The translations under genes were made by a program, and so were the position numbers. A stretch of 63,959 nucleotides of DNA, filler included, from Octopus bimaculoides (lineage: Eukaryota), in NCBI RefSeq assembly GCF_001194135.2. It is 9 parts of 8 records of this genome, joined end to end, with 100 filler letters (N's around TTAATTAATTAA, not from the genome) between each part and the next. Parts side by side here need not be neighbours in the genome. Positions count along the whole stretch, not along the records: positions 42,476 to 58,383 come from NC_069002.1; positions 58,484 to 60,655 come from NC_068983.1; positions 60,756 to 62,497 come from NC_068988.1; 6 more parts are not named here. One strand, written 5' to 3'. Each line of letters opens with the position of its first letter. The stretch's first letter is position 1. Below the pieces are notes generated by a model. That model searched no databases and was not told where the DNA came from. It saw only the letters and a program-made list of their open reading frames with translations. This document shows, piece after piece, positions 49,296 to 61,886 of the stretch.

Positions 49296-49571
49296 CTGAA
49301 AGTGAATGCGAGAGTGAGAGATATGCATTTCACTGTTGTTGCAGCTTCTCAATTCCACGTACTCATGTCATCCCGAATGAGCTAGTCTAGCGTTTCAACT
49401 ACATACATACTTTAGATATCTAAGCTCATAATGCTTGAAGGCATATATTATGATTATTTAAACCGAACAAAAGCATAGTCAACAGGTTTCAATAAGTAAT
49501 ATCTAGTAATATATATATAGATATATAAATACATATATACATACATGTATATATATATACACACACACACC

Positions 49572-49649
<78 letters not shown>

Positions 49650-50889
49650 NNNNNNNNNNNNNNNNNNNNNNNNNNNNNNNNNNNNNNNNNNNNNNNNNNN
49701 NNNNNNNNNNNNNNNNNNNNNNNNNNNNNNNNNNNNNNNNNNNNNNNNNNNNNNNNNNNNNNNNNNNNNNNNNNNNNNNNNNNNNNNNNNNNNNNNNNNN
49801 NNNNNNNNNNNNNNNNNNNNNNNNNNNNNNNNNNNNNNNNNNNNNNNNNNNNNNNNNNNNNNNNNNNNNNNNNNNNNNNNNNNNNNNNNNNNNNNNNNNN
49901 NNNNNNNNNNNNNNNNNNNNNNNNNNNNNNNNNNNNNNNNNNNNNNNNNNNNNNNNNNNNNNNNNNNNNNNNNNNNNNNNNNNNNNNNNNNNNNNNNNNN
50001 NNNNNNNNNNNNNNNNNNNNNNNNNNNNNNNNNNNNNNNNNNNNNNNNNNNNNNNNNNNNNNNNNNNNNNNNNNNNNNNNNNNNNNNNNNNNNNNNNNNN
50101 NNNNNNNNNNNNNNNNNNNNNNNNNNNNNNNNNNNNNNNNNNNNNNNNNNNNNNNNNNNNNNNNNNNNNNNNNNNNNNNNNNNNNNNNNNNNNNNNNNNN
50201 NNNNNNNNNNNNNNNNNNNNNNNNNNNNNNNNNNNNNNNNNNNNNNNNNNNNNNNNNNNNNNNNNNNNNNNNNNNNNNNNNNNNNNNNNNNNNNNNNNNN
50301 NNNNNNNNNNNNNNNNNNNNNNNNNNNNNNNNNNNNNNNNNNNNNNNNNNNNNNNNNNNNNNNNNNNNNNNNNNNNNNNNNNNNNNNNNNNNNNNNNNNN
50401 NNNNNNNNNNNNNNNNNNNNNNNNNNNNNNNNNNNNNNNNNNNNNNNNNNNNNNNNNNNNNNNNNNNNNNNNNNNNNNNNNNNNNNNNNNNNNNNNNNNN
50501 NNNNNNNNNNNNNNNNNNNNNNNNNNNNNNNNNNNNNNNNNNNNNNNNNNNNNNNNNNNNNNNNNNNNNNTAGATAGATAGATATATAGATATATATTTA
50601 TATATTTATATATATATATATATATCATTCCTACATCCATGAAATGACTGGACTAACATATATCAATTTATAGAGAGAAAAAAATAACCAAATGGCTGTC
50701 CAGAAATAAGTTCTGCGTCGTTATATCTAACAATGCTACCCCAGCTATTTTGGTAAAGTGCAGAATTCTGTTGTGATTCTGTTTTCCTCTTTCTATTGTG
50801 ACTGAGTCGTTAATGTATGTCGAGTATGGACGTCGACGGCGACTTTAGTAACGCAGCATGGTCAAAACTCCAAATGGCTGAAACCATAA

Positions 50890-50938
<49 letters not shown>

Positions 50939-51019
50939 TGTTGTTGTTGTAGTAGTAGTAGTAGTAGTAATGATTTCAAAAGGGCGAAGAATGAGGGGGA
51001 CAATACAAAGACGGACATA

Positions 51020-51021
51020 AA

Positions 51022-51080
<59 letters not shown>

Positions 51081-51126
51081 TATAATAATAATAATAACAC
51101 TACAACAACAACTACTACTACTACTA

Positions 51127-51163
<37 letters not shown>

Positions 51164-51174
51164 CACTACTACTC

Positions 51175-51240
<66 letters not shown>
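51020..51240. repeat. Compound (TAA)n/(CTA)n microsatellite
   Basis: Directly visible. A (TAG)n/(TTG)n tract lies at 50890-50970. Confidence 0.95.
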
Positions 51241-51241
<1 letters not shown>

Positions 51242-51244
51242 TAA

Positions 51245-51707
51245 TAGGGCTACAGCAAATATTCTGCTCAAAACCATAGATTTGCTTCTCGGTTGTTTGA
51301 CCATAATCAGTTGAGCATGTCCCTTGGTAGCTGGCAATATGTGCATCTCTGATCACGAGCAAAAGTAGTGGGGGAGCATCATAGCCATGTGTTGAGAGGA
51401 ATTCTTTGGAGTTTGATTAATTCACTTCTGGAAACATGGTTGTTTCGTCTAACATCCTTAAACAACTCTAATTCAGGGACCTTTTGAGTGGGATTGGCTA
51501 CTCAGCCTGAAGAAAATTTCAACTGGGCCCCACTTGCGAGGTCATGCGCTGTTTATCTTGATATGAGATCACCATGTCGCGTACATATGGTTGTGATGCA
51601 TGTGCCTGGTGTACCCTTATCAGACGGGTAGTCATGATGGGTATAATGGGCTTCGTATACTTGTACCCCAGTGTCCCTTTGATGGCATGCACTGCTCTCT
51701 CACTCAA

Positions 51708-51708
<1 letters not shown>
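51245..51708 (-). mobile_element. Probable interspersed repeat between trinucleotide tracts, unclassified
   Basis: Complex sequence bounded by microsatellites on both sides. No second copy in the window; repeat status is from recall. Confidence 0.3.
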
Positions 51709-51750
<42 letters not shown>

Positions 51751-52622
51751 GCTGCTGCTGCTGATGATGATGATGATGACGATGTTGATGATAATGATAA
51801 TAATAAATCCTTTTATTTGCCATCAGGGCAACAGATGAAGGGACGATACTAAGGAATATAAAGTGAGAGGATTTATATAGAATCCAATAGTAAAATCAAT
51901 TGCAATAATAATAATAATAGTAATAATAATAATAATAATAATGATAATTTTAATAATAATGGAAAAATAAGAACCCTCATAACATATTCAAAGCGAACAA
52001 AACCAACGAACGTAAATTTTACAAAAAAAAAAAATACATAAATAAGCAAAACAGTAAATAAATCAAAGAGTACCGAAATTGCGAGCAGTGGTAATGAGAA
52101 AGAGGAGGGGGGTGACAAGGAGGAGGAGGAGGAGCAGGCGAGAAAGAGGTGGAAGAAGAGATGGAGAGACTAGCTGCAGGTTCTGAAGCAATGGTTGATA
52201 ATTGTTTTCCTCTTCGCTGGTTTTTGGATGAGATGTTCACATCCGCTCTGGGGGCAAGTTGACTTCCCTAACGAAACATGCTCTTTCTATAATACATATA
52301 TATACATACATACATATNNNNNNNNNNNNNNNNNNNNNNNNNNNNNNNNNNNNNNNNNNNNNNNNNNNNNNNNNNNNNNNNNNNNNNNNNNNNNNNNNNN
52401 NNNNNNNNNNNNNNNNNNNNNNNNNNNNNNNNNNNNNNNNNNNNNNNNNNNNNNNNNNNNNNNNNNNNNNNNNNNNNNNNNNNNNNNNNNNNNNNNNNNN
52501 NNNNNNNNNNNNNNNNNNNNNNNNNNNNNNNNNNNNNNNNNNNNNNNNNNNNNNNNNNNNNNNNNNNNNNNNNNNNNNNNNNNNNNNNNNNNNNNNNNNN
52601 NNNNNNNNNNNNNNNNNNNNNN

Positions 52623-52657
<35 letters not shown>

Positions 52658-52666
52658 GTCTGTCTA

Positions 52667-52731
<65 letters not shown>

Positions 52732-53668
52732 TCACTGTACCCCCCCCCCCATACACACACAAATACACATCTATAGCTGTGTAGATGTGCGTGCGCGTGT
52801 ATCTGCGTGAATATCTGTTTGTGAGTAAGTGTTTAGGCAAATGCATACATGTGTAGATACCTTTGTAGATTTTCTGTGCCTCTTTCTATGTATGTATCTA
52901 GCTATGCACGTATACATGGATATCTGAATATATCTCATGCTTGTGACATTAGTTTCATGTTTGGATATATAACTAGAATGAGATCTGACTACATACATGT
53001 AAATGTATGTATGTATGTATGTATATCTGTACAGATGAATGCATACACATACACGCACACACACACACATATAAATATGTATATATGTACATTTGTACAT
53101 ACATATATGTGTATTGATATATGTATATATGTAGGCAATCATGCTTGTATGTGCATGTGCGTGCGCAACCGTGTGTGTGTGTCCGTGCATGCGTTCGCGC
53201 ACGTGTGTATGTATTTATGTTTGTATGCGTGTATTTAGCCATGTCCGCATAAAAATCTGGTATTTCCTAAATACTAAAAATCTCGTCTTAACATATATAC
53301 ATACTAATGACACTATATATATNNNNNNNNNNATATTTATATATATACACACATATGAGTCTGTGGATGTATTGCTTTCACACATGCAGTAGAAACTGAG
53401 GCTTCACTCCGCAACTATTTTTAGCTTCTCGTTGCAATTACAGCCGTTCGCAGCCACACACACGCTCACACATAGATACATACACCCATACACTCACATT
53501 CACTTACACGTGGATATATCGCATTAATGACTCTTATAGGCCTAGTGCTGATTCTCTGAAGAATTCGTTTAAAAGCCACACATGTATATGTTTGTGTGCG
53601 TGTGTGTGTGTGTGTGTGTGAGTGTGTGTAAAAGCATATACACATATAAATACACACTACACACACAG

Positions 53669-53709
<41 letters not shown>

Positions 53710-54501
53710 CCTATATATATATATATATATATACCTATCGCATATGTCTAGTATATGCATGTACATATATGTGCATTTATATATATACGTACATATATAC
53801 ATATATTTGTGTGCGTACATATATATGTAAACATATCAATACATACATACATGTACATATATATACATATATACATATACATATATATATATTATAACAC
53901 GCACATATATATATACACATAAACACATATACATTCAATTCCTTCCAGGATATAGATCGGCTGCAGTTTTTTTTTTTTATCCTTCCTGCATTTGTTGTTA
54001 TTTTGTTGTTGCTGTTGTTGTTGTTGTCGTCGTTGTCGTCTTCGTTGTTGTTGTTGTTGTTTATCTTATCTCGTTTCCCATTAATTCTACAACGGCCACA
54101 ATCAGTCAGGAACACACTGCCGAAGTTTCAAGGATTAACTGAAGCGCAAAGCAAGAAAAAAAAAAAAATAATAATAAATAAATAAAAGCACCTAAAACAA
54201 TTTTAACCACTCGACTACGGCTAACAAACCAAAATATTAACGTACGAGCTAACGAAGGCCGCTTCTGCATGGTCTGCTAGAAATAGCTATTTATTTTCCC
54301 TCAAAAATAAGACTCAAACATTTAAAAAATAGAATGTCTAGCAATTTATTTTTATACAATCGAATGCAGTGCTTGAAAATAGTAATGGAGCCAAAATCAA
54401 AGACACATGCCCAAGGGTTCCCATTGAGCAAGTGTTTCCCTCTAAAGCCCCGGGCCGTAATTTTTTTTCCCACGAGAGTTCCGGACCCCAGTTATGAGTT
54501 T

Positions 54502-54590
54502 ATTTGCATACAGCCAATCAGAGCTCACCTTGAGCTTGTCTAGACGCAAAGCCCAATATAACATTCGTGAATGTGTTCAAAACAACCAAT
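54502..54590. promoter_or_regulatory. Octamer plus three CCAAT boxes
   Basis: ATTTGCAT 54502-54509. CCAAT at 54514 (AGCCAATCAG), 54553 and 54586. Unique, CpG-richer context. Confidence 0.3.
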
Positions 54591-54814
54591 CACTTGGTAA
54601 AACACACTCTACCAAGTAATCTCAAGACGAAGAACGGTGTTGTAAGTGATCGCCAAGGTATGCCTGATTTTAGAAGGCGATAAGTAATTAGATAGATTTG
54701 CACCTGTACCTATTATCGGATTTTGTTAGGGGCCCCTATGGTAAAGACGTGGATGGGGAAAATGTGAGCGGAAGGTGATGTTCTAGCAACACTGTCCCTC
54801 TAAAATCAAGGTTA

Positions 54815-54975
54815 GGCGTGGTTATTTGGTAAAAAGTGTGCTTCCAAGCCACATGGGTTTGAGTTCAGTCCCACTGCGTTGCACCTTGGGCAGGTGTCTT
54901 CTACTATAACACAGGGCTGACCAGATTCTTGTGAGTGAAATTGTTAGACGGAAACTAAAAGAAGCCATCGTGTAT
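54815..54975 (+). mobile_element. SINE family A 5' half
   Basis: ccacatgggtttgagttcagtcccactgcgttgcaccttgggcagg...gaagccatcg, then (TACA)n. Confidence 0.8.
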
Positions 54976-54982
54976 ACATACA

Positions 54983-55016
<34 letters not shown>

Positions 55017-55168
55017 CTTTTATCAAAGCTGTTAAATTATCACAAGACTGTTACTCCGAGTTCTCCGTTCTCGTTCGTCAGACAGTTGCGATGAAAGCTG
55101 TCATCACAATTGTGCGACGAACAGGGGCGTGTTACAGTCTTGTGATAATTTTGCAGCTTTGATAAAAG
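55017..55168. mobile_element. Fold-back MITE
   Basis: cttttatcaaagctgttaaattatcacaagactgt / acagtcttgtgataattttgcagctttgataaaag, plus inner arms gttcgtcagacagttgcgatga / tcatcacaattgtgcgacgaac. Confidence 0.7.
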
Positions 55169-55212
55169 CATATTAGTCTACCTTTAGTATTCGAAAATTA
55201 TTTTTTCCTCCT

Positions 55213-55592
55213 TGGAGGCGCAATGGCCCAGTGGTTAGGGCAGCGGACTCGTGATCGTAGGATCGCGTTTTCGATCCCCAGAACGGGCGTTATGAGTGTT
55301 TATTGAGCGAAAACACCTTAAGCTCCACGAGGCTCCGGCAGGGGATGGTGGCGAACCCTGCTGTACTCTTCCACCACAACTTTCTCTCACTCTTACTTCC
55401 TGTTTCTGTTGTGCCTGTAATTCAAAGGGTCAGCCTTGTCACACACTGTGTCACGCTGAATATCCCCGAGAACTACGTTAAGGGTACACGTGTCTGTGGA
55501 GTGCTCAGCCACTTGCACGTTAATTTCACGAGCAAGCTGTTCGGTTGATCGGATCAACTGGAACCCTCGTCGTTGTAACCGACGGAGTGCCA
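55213..55592 (+). mobile_element. SINE family C, full length, tRNA-derived head
   Basis: A box TGGCCCAGTGG and B box GTTTTCGATCCC in ggaggcgcaatggcccagtggttagggcagcggactcg. The body is shared with 33095-33368. Confidence 0.88.
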
Positions 55593-55599
55593 CGATATA

Positions 55600-55850
55600 T
55601 ATATGAGTGTGTGTGTCTGTATCTTTATTTGTATGTTTGTTCCACGGCACCGCTTGACAACCAGGGTTGGTTTATTTATGTCCACTTTAGGAGTTCGTCA
55701 AAGGAGACCGATAGAATAAGTACCAGGTTTTTTTTATTTTTTTAAAAATAAACAAGTACCTGGGTCGATTCGCCCAACTAAGAATTCTTCAAAGCGTTGC
55801 CCCAGCATGGCTGCAGTCTAACAACTGAAGCAAGTAGACAATAAAAGGTA
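55600..55850 (+). mobile_element. SINE family A 3' half
   Basis: ccgcttgacaacc...gagaccgatagaataagtacc...cagcatggctgcagtc. Confidence 0.7.
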
Positions 55851-56276
55851 AAACAGCCGCGCAACCACGACTGGAACGCATTAGATCAATGACGCTGCTT
55901 GATACGCTGCTTGATCAATAAGAGCGACCGAGGGCTAAAAAGCAACAACAAAACCAGGAATAACAATAATAACAAGAGGAATAACACAACAGAATGTATT
56001 CAAAGAATAATTTAAAGACAAACAAACAAACAAACAACAAATGTAGCCACCAAAAAATTGCAGACTCTCTTTGATTCCAAGTTCTCATCCAATGTAAGTG
56101 GATATTGTTTTGCTTTTATAGAACGTGGGAATCAGGATTCGCCTAAGGTCCCTTCGGTTTTAATCTCATCGTCTTCAACATTATTATAAACACAGAAAAC
56201 TTTTCTCTCTGCCTGCATGTCTGATATGCTGTCTGTCTGTCTGTCCGACTCTCTCTCTCTCACTCTCTCTCTCTCA

Positions 56277-56327
<51 letters not shown>

Positions 56328-56364
56328 GTGTCTGCATATAAGCCTGTTAACGAATTCGTCACAG

Positions 56365-56402
<38 letters not shown>

Positions 56403-56511
56403 AGTCTGTCTGTCTGTCTGTCTGTCTGACTGACTGTCTGTCTTTTTAACTGTTTACTTATCTATTTATCAATCTATCTAACCAACTCCTTTTTCCCTAT
56501 ATATATACGTG

Positions 56512-56551
<40 letters not shown>

Positions 56552-57519
56552 NNNNNNNNNNNNNNNNNNNNNNNNNNNNNNNNNNNNNNNNNNNNNNNNN
56601 NNNNNNNNNNNNNNNNNNNNNNNNNNNNNNNNNNNNNNNNNNNNNNNNNNNNNNNNNNNNNNNNNNNNNNNNNNNNNNNNNNNNNNNNNNNNNNNNNNNN
56701 NNNNNNNNNNNNNNNNNNNNNNNNNNNNNNNNNNNNNNNNNNNNNNNNNNNNNNNNNNNNNNNNNNNNNNNNNNNNNNNNNNNNNNNNNNNNNNNNNNNN
56801 NNNNNNNNNNNNNNNNNNNNNNNNNNNNNNNNNNNNNNNNNNNNNNNNNNNNNNNNNNNNNNNNNNNNNNNNNNNNNNNNNNNNNNNNNNNNNNNNNNNN
56901 NNNNNNNNNNNNNNNNNNNNNNNNNNNNNNNNNNNNNNNNNNNNNNNNNNNNNNNNNNNNNNNNNNNNNNNNNNNNNNNNNNNNNNNNNNNNNNNNNNNN
57001 NNNNNNNNNNNNNNNNNNNNNNNNNNNNNNNNNNNNNNNNNNNNNNNNNNNNNNNNNNNNNNNNNNNNNNNNNNNNNNNNNNNNNNNNNNNNNNNNNNNN
57101 NNNNNNNNNNNNNNNNNNNNNNNNNNNNNNNNNNNNNNNNNNNNNNNNNNNNNNNNNNNNNNNNNNNNNNNNNNNNNNNNNNNNNNNNNNNNNNNNNNNN
57201 NNNNNNNNNNNNNNNNNNNNNNNNNNNNNNNNNNNNNNNNNNNNNNNNNNNNNNNNNNNNNNNNNNNNNNNNNNNNNNNNNNNNNNNNNNNNNNNNNNNN
57301 NNNNNNNNNNNNNNNNNNNNNNNNNNNNNNNNNNNNNNNNNNNNNNNNNNNNNNNNNNNNNNNNNNNNNNNNNNNNNNNNNNNNNNNNNNNNNNNNNNNN
57401 NNNNNNNNNNNNNNNNNNNNNNNNNNNNNNNNNNNNNNNNNNNNNNNNNNNNNNNNNNNNNNNNNNNNNNNNNNNNNNNNNNNNNNNNNNNNNNNNNNNN
57501 ATATATATGTATTTATGAA

Positions 57520-58365
57520 ACAAATTGTATACAGTGTCCAGGTGCAAAACAACTAAGAAGGAAAAAATAAACCTCTCCTGTTGGTGGATTTCAGGAATCA
57601 TGGAAGCTTTGGAAGATGTAGTGTCTCGACAGCTAACAACTGACGCGATTAGTTTATTCCTTACTTCAACAATTTTGAGCCTGAAAAAAGTGTTTCCGAA
57701 AGTCATGGGTGCTGTGTTGTTTTTTGATTCTGTGAGTTGTCCACGAGTGTTTGTCAAACGGAATTCAAAAAGGTGCCAAAGGTTGTTCTAGGAAAGATGA
57801 TTGATAATCTTTCGGGTGTCTATCATGTTAGTTGCCAGATGTCTGAGCTTCAATGTGTCCATGCCCGGGGAAGCAAGACGTTCAGACTATGGAAGATGTC
57901 TGACGGCGGGTATTCGTTTTGTTGCACGTTTCTAGGAGATTTATATGCTGGGCAAGATAGAGGTTCCAGATAGGTGATGTAAATTCTAACTGTGGACGTA
58001 CCATTGTCGTATATAATTTTAACTCGATACCTGGAGAGCGGCTGACAAAGATCTTACTGAGTGATGCTAGGACACCGTCTGTCTTTTTTGACAATCTTAG
58101 ATATGTGGTTCGTCCAACGCAGATCACTGTTTACAATAATACCCAAATCACGTTCGTAGAAGACGTCTTGTGATTGGTGTTACTGAGGGAGTATGTATAG
58201 GCTGGGTTTTCTCCCCACAAAGATCATGGTGACGCACTTGTACACAACTAGTTGCCAGTCAGAGATCCATTGCTACATCGTGTCCAGGTCTGATTGCAGG
58301 AAAGATCTTTAGTGCATAGGACCAGTTCTTTTTATTTTGAGGTACAGCTTGATGTCATCTGCATA
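57520..58365 (-). mobile_element. CR1/L2-group LINE RT C-terminal fragment
   Basis: Minus strand YADDIKLYLKI at 58365 downward, then LKLYTTMVRPQLEFTSPIWNLYLAQHINLLE. Frameshifted. Confidence 0.85.
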
Positions 58366-58483
58366 TATATATATATATATATANNNNNNNNNNNNNNNNN
58401 NNNNNNNNNNNNNNNNNNNNNNNNNNNTTAATTAATTAANNNNNNNNNNNNNNNNNNNNNNNNNNNNNNNNNNNNNNNNNNNN

Positions 58484-58543
<60 letters not shown>

Positions 58544-58612
58544 CATCTACCTACCTACCTACCTACCTACCTACCTACCTACCTACCTACCTACCTACCT
58601 ACCTACCTACTC
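58484..58612. repeat. (TATC)n then (TACC)n tetranucleotide tract
   Basis: Directly visible. (TATC)n resumes at 59607-59665. Confidence 0.97.
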
Positions 58613-58614
58613 AC

Positions 58615-59606
58615 CCACTCTCGAACAACTATGCCGTCCCGGGTCGACGTTGAGCGACTGCATCACCACGAAAGCATTCTATAGGAGATTAGTGGAGGGG
58701 AGGTACGGTGACAATCTCGGGGCGAACCTGGGCGTCGGCGAGGAATACCCGACCCGCCTGAAAGACGACTTTCTGACCGGGACCTATGGACAACTTCCAG
58801 AGATCCCTGGCCTGGCAGTACTATCAAGAAGCGCTACCTGTTCGGGATAAGTTCTACAGGTATGGCTCGAGAAACACCGGGCGGACCTGCCCGAGATGCA
58901 GTCAGAGCGACGAAACCGTTCTGCACCCATTCATGCAGTATCCAACCATTTCCAACCTGTGGGCCTATGTCGAACGACTGCTATCGCGTGTGGGACGAGT
59001 TGGTTTATCAGCCGAGTTTATCGTCAATATTGACGCGCCTCCTTTCGTCAAACGGGAAGGAAGAACCATTTTTATCGTACTTGTGGCTATGGCGAAAGAA
59101 TGTGTATGGTGGACGCGTCTGAAAGGCCTAGAGACAAACACTTTCCTCTCTGGTCAATCTCTCATCAACTTCTTCAAGTATCACTTGAAAAGGAAGGTGA
59201 GAGTAGAGAGGGAAGTTTTGTGTCGCAAATGTTCCAATAAAAGATGGGTGAATGTAGCAAGGATGGCACATGAAAATGACGGAGCCACTTTGAGCATAAT
59301 CCTATGAACCAGAAAAAGAAAGAAAACAGAGAGTCACTTACTGTAATGTGTTTTTGTAGGACATATTGCCCGAGGTTACCGTGGTCTTTTCCGTAGGCTT
59401 TTCTTTCCACGGATAAACCTAGTCTGTTTTTCTTTTTTGTAACATTTACAACATTTTCTGTGATACTCGATCCCTTTCGATCGGCGCTTTCTTTTTCTCA
59501 CGATCCCTGTTGATCGAAATTTTATTTTTCTCCTTTTTTAAAAGTAAAGCTCTACATTGTATTTTGTCCCCTCTGTGTTCGGCCCTGTGTAGCTAATAAA
59601 GAAACA
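58615..59606 (+). mobile_element. 5'-truncated Tx1/L1-clade LINE (C-terminal zinc-knuckle region and 3' UTR)
   Basis: ORF 58786-59307 has LAWQYYQEALPVRDKF...CPRCSQSDETVLH.F (CCHC-type zf-RVT). The 3' UTR ends in AATAAAGAAAC, followed directly by (TATC)n. Confidence 0.85.
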
Positions 59607-59666
<60 letters not shown>

Positions 59667-60387
59667 ATATATCTTTATGCAGATAAATAGATACCTATAT
59701 TTATGTGAATAGATAGATATGTATAATTATATAAACAAATCTCTGTGTATATAAACATACATATTTACTTAATACATGTACACACACACACACACACACG
59801 GACACACACATTATATGACCACAGAGACACACTCACATATACACATGCTAAAAAAGGTAAGAATTGCAGTCAAATTTATTCGACTAGAATTTAAATGTAC
59901 TTCAATTCAAAGCAATAAATCTAAATTCTGGTTGACAGAAATAAACAGAATAAAACTTAAATGTCTCTATTTCAATACTGCTTGTATTTCTGAAGTGGCA
60001 CAAAATAGTCACAATATAAAAAAAAAATTAACAAATAGAAAATTTTTAAACAAGAAATAGAAACAACAGCAATATTTTCAGATAAAAAGTAACATTAAGA
60101 AGCAACATCCCTCAAAATATATAAAAAGACCCTTAAAACTTCAAAAAGCTATAAAATTGCACACTTTGGGAATTTGATATGAATTTCTGTTTATTTTATT
60201 CTTTCACTATATTTTATTTGTTTATAACGTATTTTGCTTGTGTTATGTTAAAATACGCCAGGAAGACGAGATATCTCACCAATAAAATATCACACAAACA
60301 TATGTTGCTTGTAAAGTATTTATATAATTTATGTGAAATTTTTCTCTTCTGTTGTTTTCACCTATATAGACTGTGGATCTTCTGGAG

Positions 60388-60655
60388 CAGGGGTTTTCAA
60401 ACTTTTTGACTTGCGGACCCCTTTATATTTCAAGCTTTACCTTAGGGACCTCCTTATAAACGCTTATGAAATTTATACATAAATATTTGCTTAAAATAAC
60501 ATATATTTTTACATTTATTTATTTAACAGTATTTTACAAATAGGTTTATTGTCAATTAAAAGATTTCGATTAAAAAACATATATAAAATCAAATTGCCCA
60601 TAAAAAGTATTTGCTGTCCACGGACCCCCTGTCTTGTCCCTGTGGTCCGCGGACC
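60388..60655. mobile_element. hAT-type MITE, second copy (right end in gap)
   Basis: Near-identical to 8505-8777. Confidence 0.9.
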
Positions 60656-60754
60656 NNNNNNNNNNNNNNNNNNNNNNNNNNNNNNNNNNNNNNNNNNNNT
60701 TAATTAATTAANNNNNNNNNNNNNNNNNNNNNNNNNNNNNNNNNNNNNNNNNNN

Positions 60755-61012
60755 NGCTCTTGTGCGGGTGGCACATAAAATGCACCAATTTGAGCGTGGC
60801 CGTTGCCAGTACCGCCTGACTGGCCTTCGTGCGGGTGACACGTAAAAGCACCCACTACACTCTGAGTGGTTGGCGTTAGGAAAGGCATCCAGCTGTAGAA
60901 ACTCTGCCAAATCAGATTGGAGCCTGGTGTAGCCATCTGGTTTCACCAGTCCTCAGTCAAATCATCCAACCCATGCTAGCATGGAAAGCGGACGTTAAAC
61001 GATGATGATGAT
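60755..61012 (+). mobile_element. SINE family D 3' part
   Basis: Aligns with 21510-21772. Confidence 0.88.
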
Positions 61013-61415
61013 GGTTAAGCAACAACAGTTGTAATAAAACAACTGCTGCCATCTAATTTGTTTCAATGGAAATAAATTTAGAACTCTGTGAAATGGCACA
61101 ACCCAATTACTAACATTTGTGTGATGGAGACAAGATAAAGAAACCATTGTCCCTATGAATATATGTTAGTCTGTGCTTTAAAATATCTTTTATTATCATT
61201 TGTGAAATTCCAACCTACCCACTATGTTATTGTTGCATTCATAGGAAAAAAAAACCAAGCCCCTATGTGGTTGCTTGATCTGCAAGAAATAGCACCAAAA
61301 TCTCCTTGGAAGTGTTAACACTAACATCTTTATAAAAAGGAAGGCATGTTGAATAAGTGGTGCAATTAAAAGCTGGGGGTAATTACTGCTGGAACAATTT
61401 CGGTTATGCGTCAGC

Positions 61416-61641
61416 TTAACCCTTTAGTATTGAAACTGGTCAGATCCAACCAAAATATTCTACCTGCTTCATGTTCAAACCAACCGGATTGGGTCTCTTA
61501 CACCAACCCAACAATGTCATTCAAAGGATATACAATCATATCATCAAAATCTCAAAGGTATAAAATAATGCCAGATTAATTCAAAACAATGTCGATAAAT
61601 AAGAATTGTAATATAATTTAATCTGAATGCTAAAGGGTTAA
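61416..61641. mobile_element. piggyBac-like MITE
   Basis: TTAA-CCCTTTAG ... CTAAAGGG-TTAA. Confidence 0.8.
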
Positions 61642-61802
61642 TCATGGCAAGCCTAGGGTTAAACAGTAACATTACTTTGGGGATTCCATGCCATTTTAGT
61701 TGTCTTCTGCTAAATTCTAATTACAAAACAGGAAAACAGAAGTGAGATGAATTGTAATTAATAAACATCTTGTTTCTCTCTCTCTTTTTTTCTCTCTCTC
61801 TT

Positions 61803-61886
<84 letters not shown>

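Noticed and set aside
55213-55290. tRNA-like sequence (also the heads of families A, B and E)
   Set aside because: It has A and B boxes but no clean cloverleaf or terminator, and it continues into a SINE body present in multiple copies.
60935-60960. CTGAGGA-CTGGT-GAAAC on the minus strand of SINE D, hammerhead-like
   Set aside because: No helix II pairing and no helix I or III closure. The local CTGG/CCAG hairpin is incompatible with the fold.
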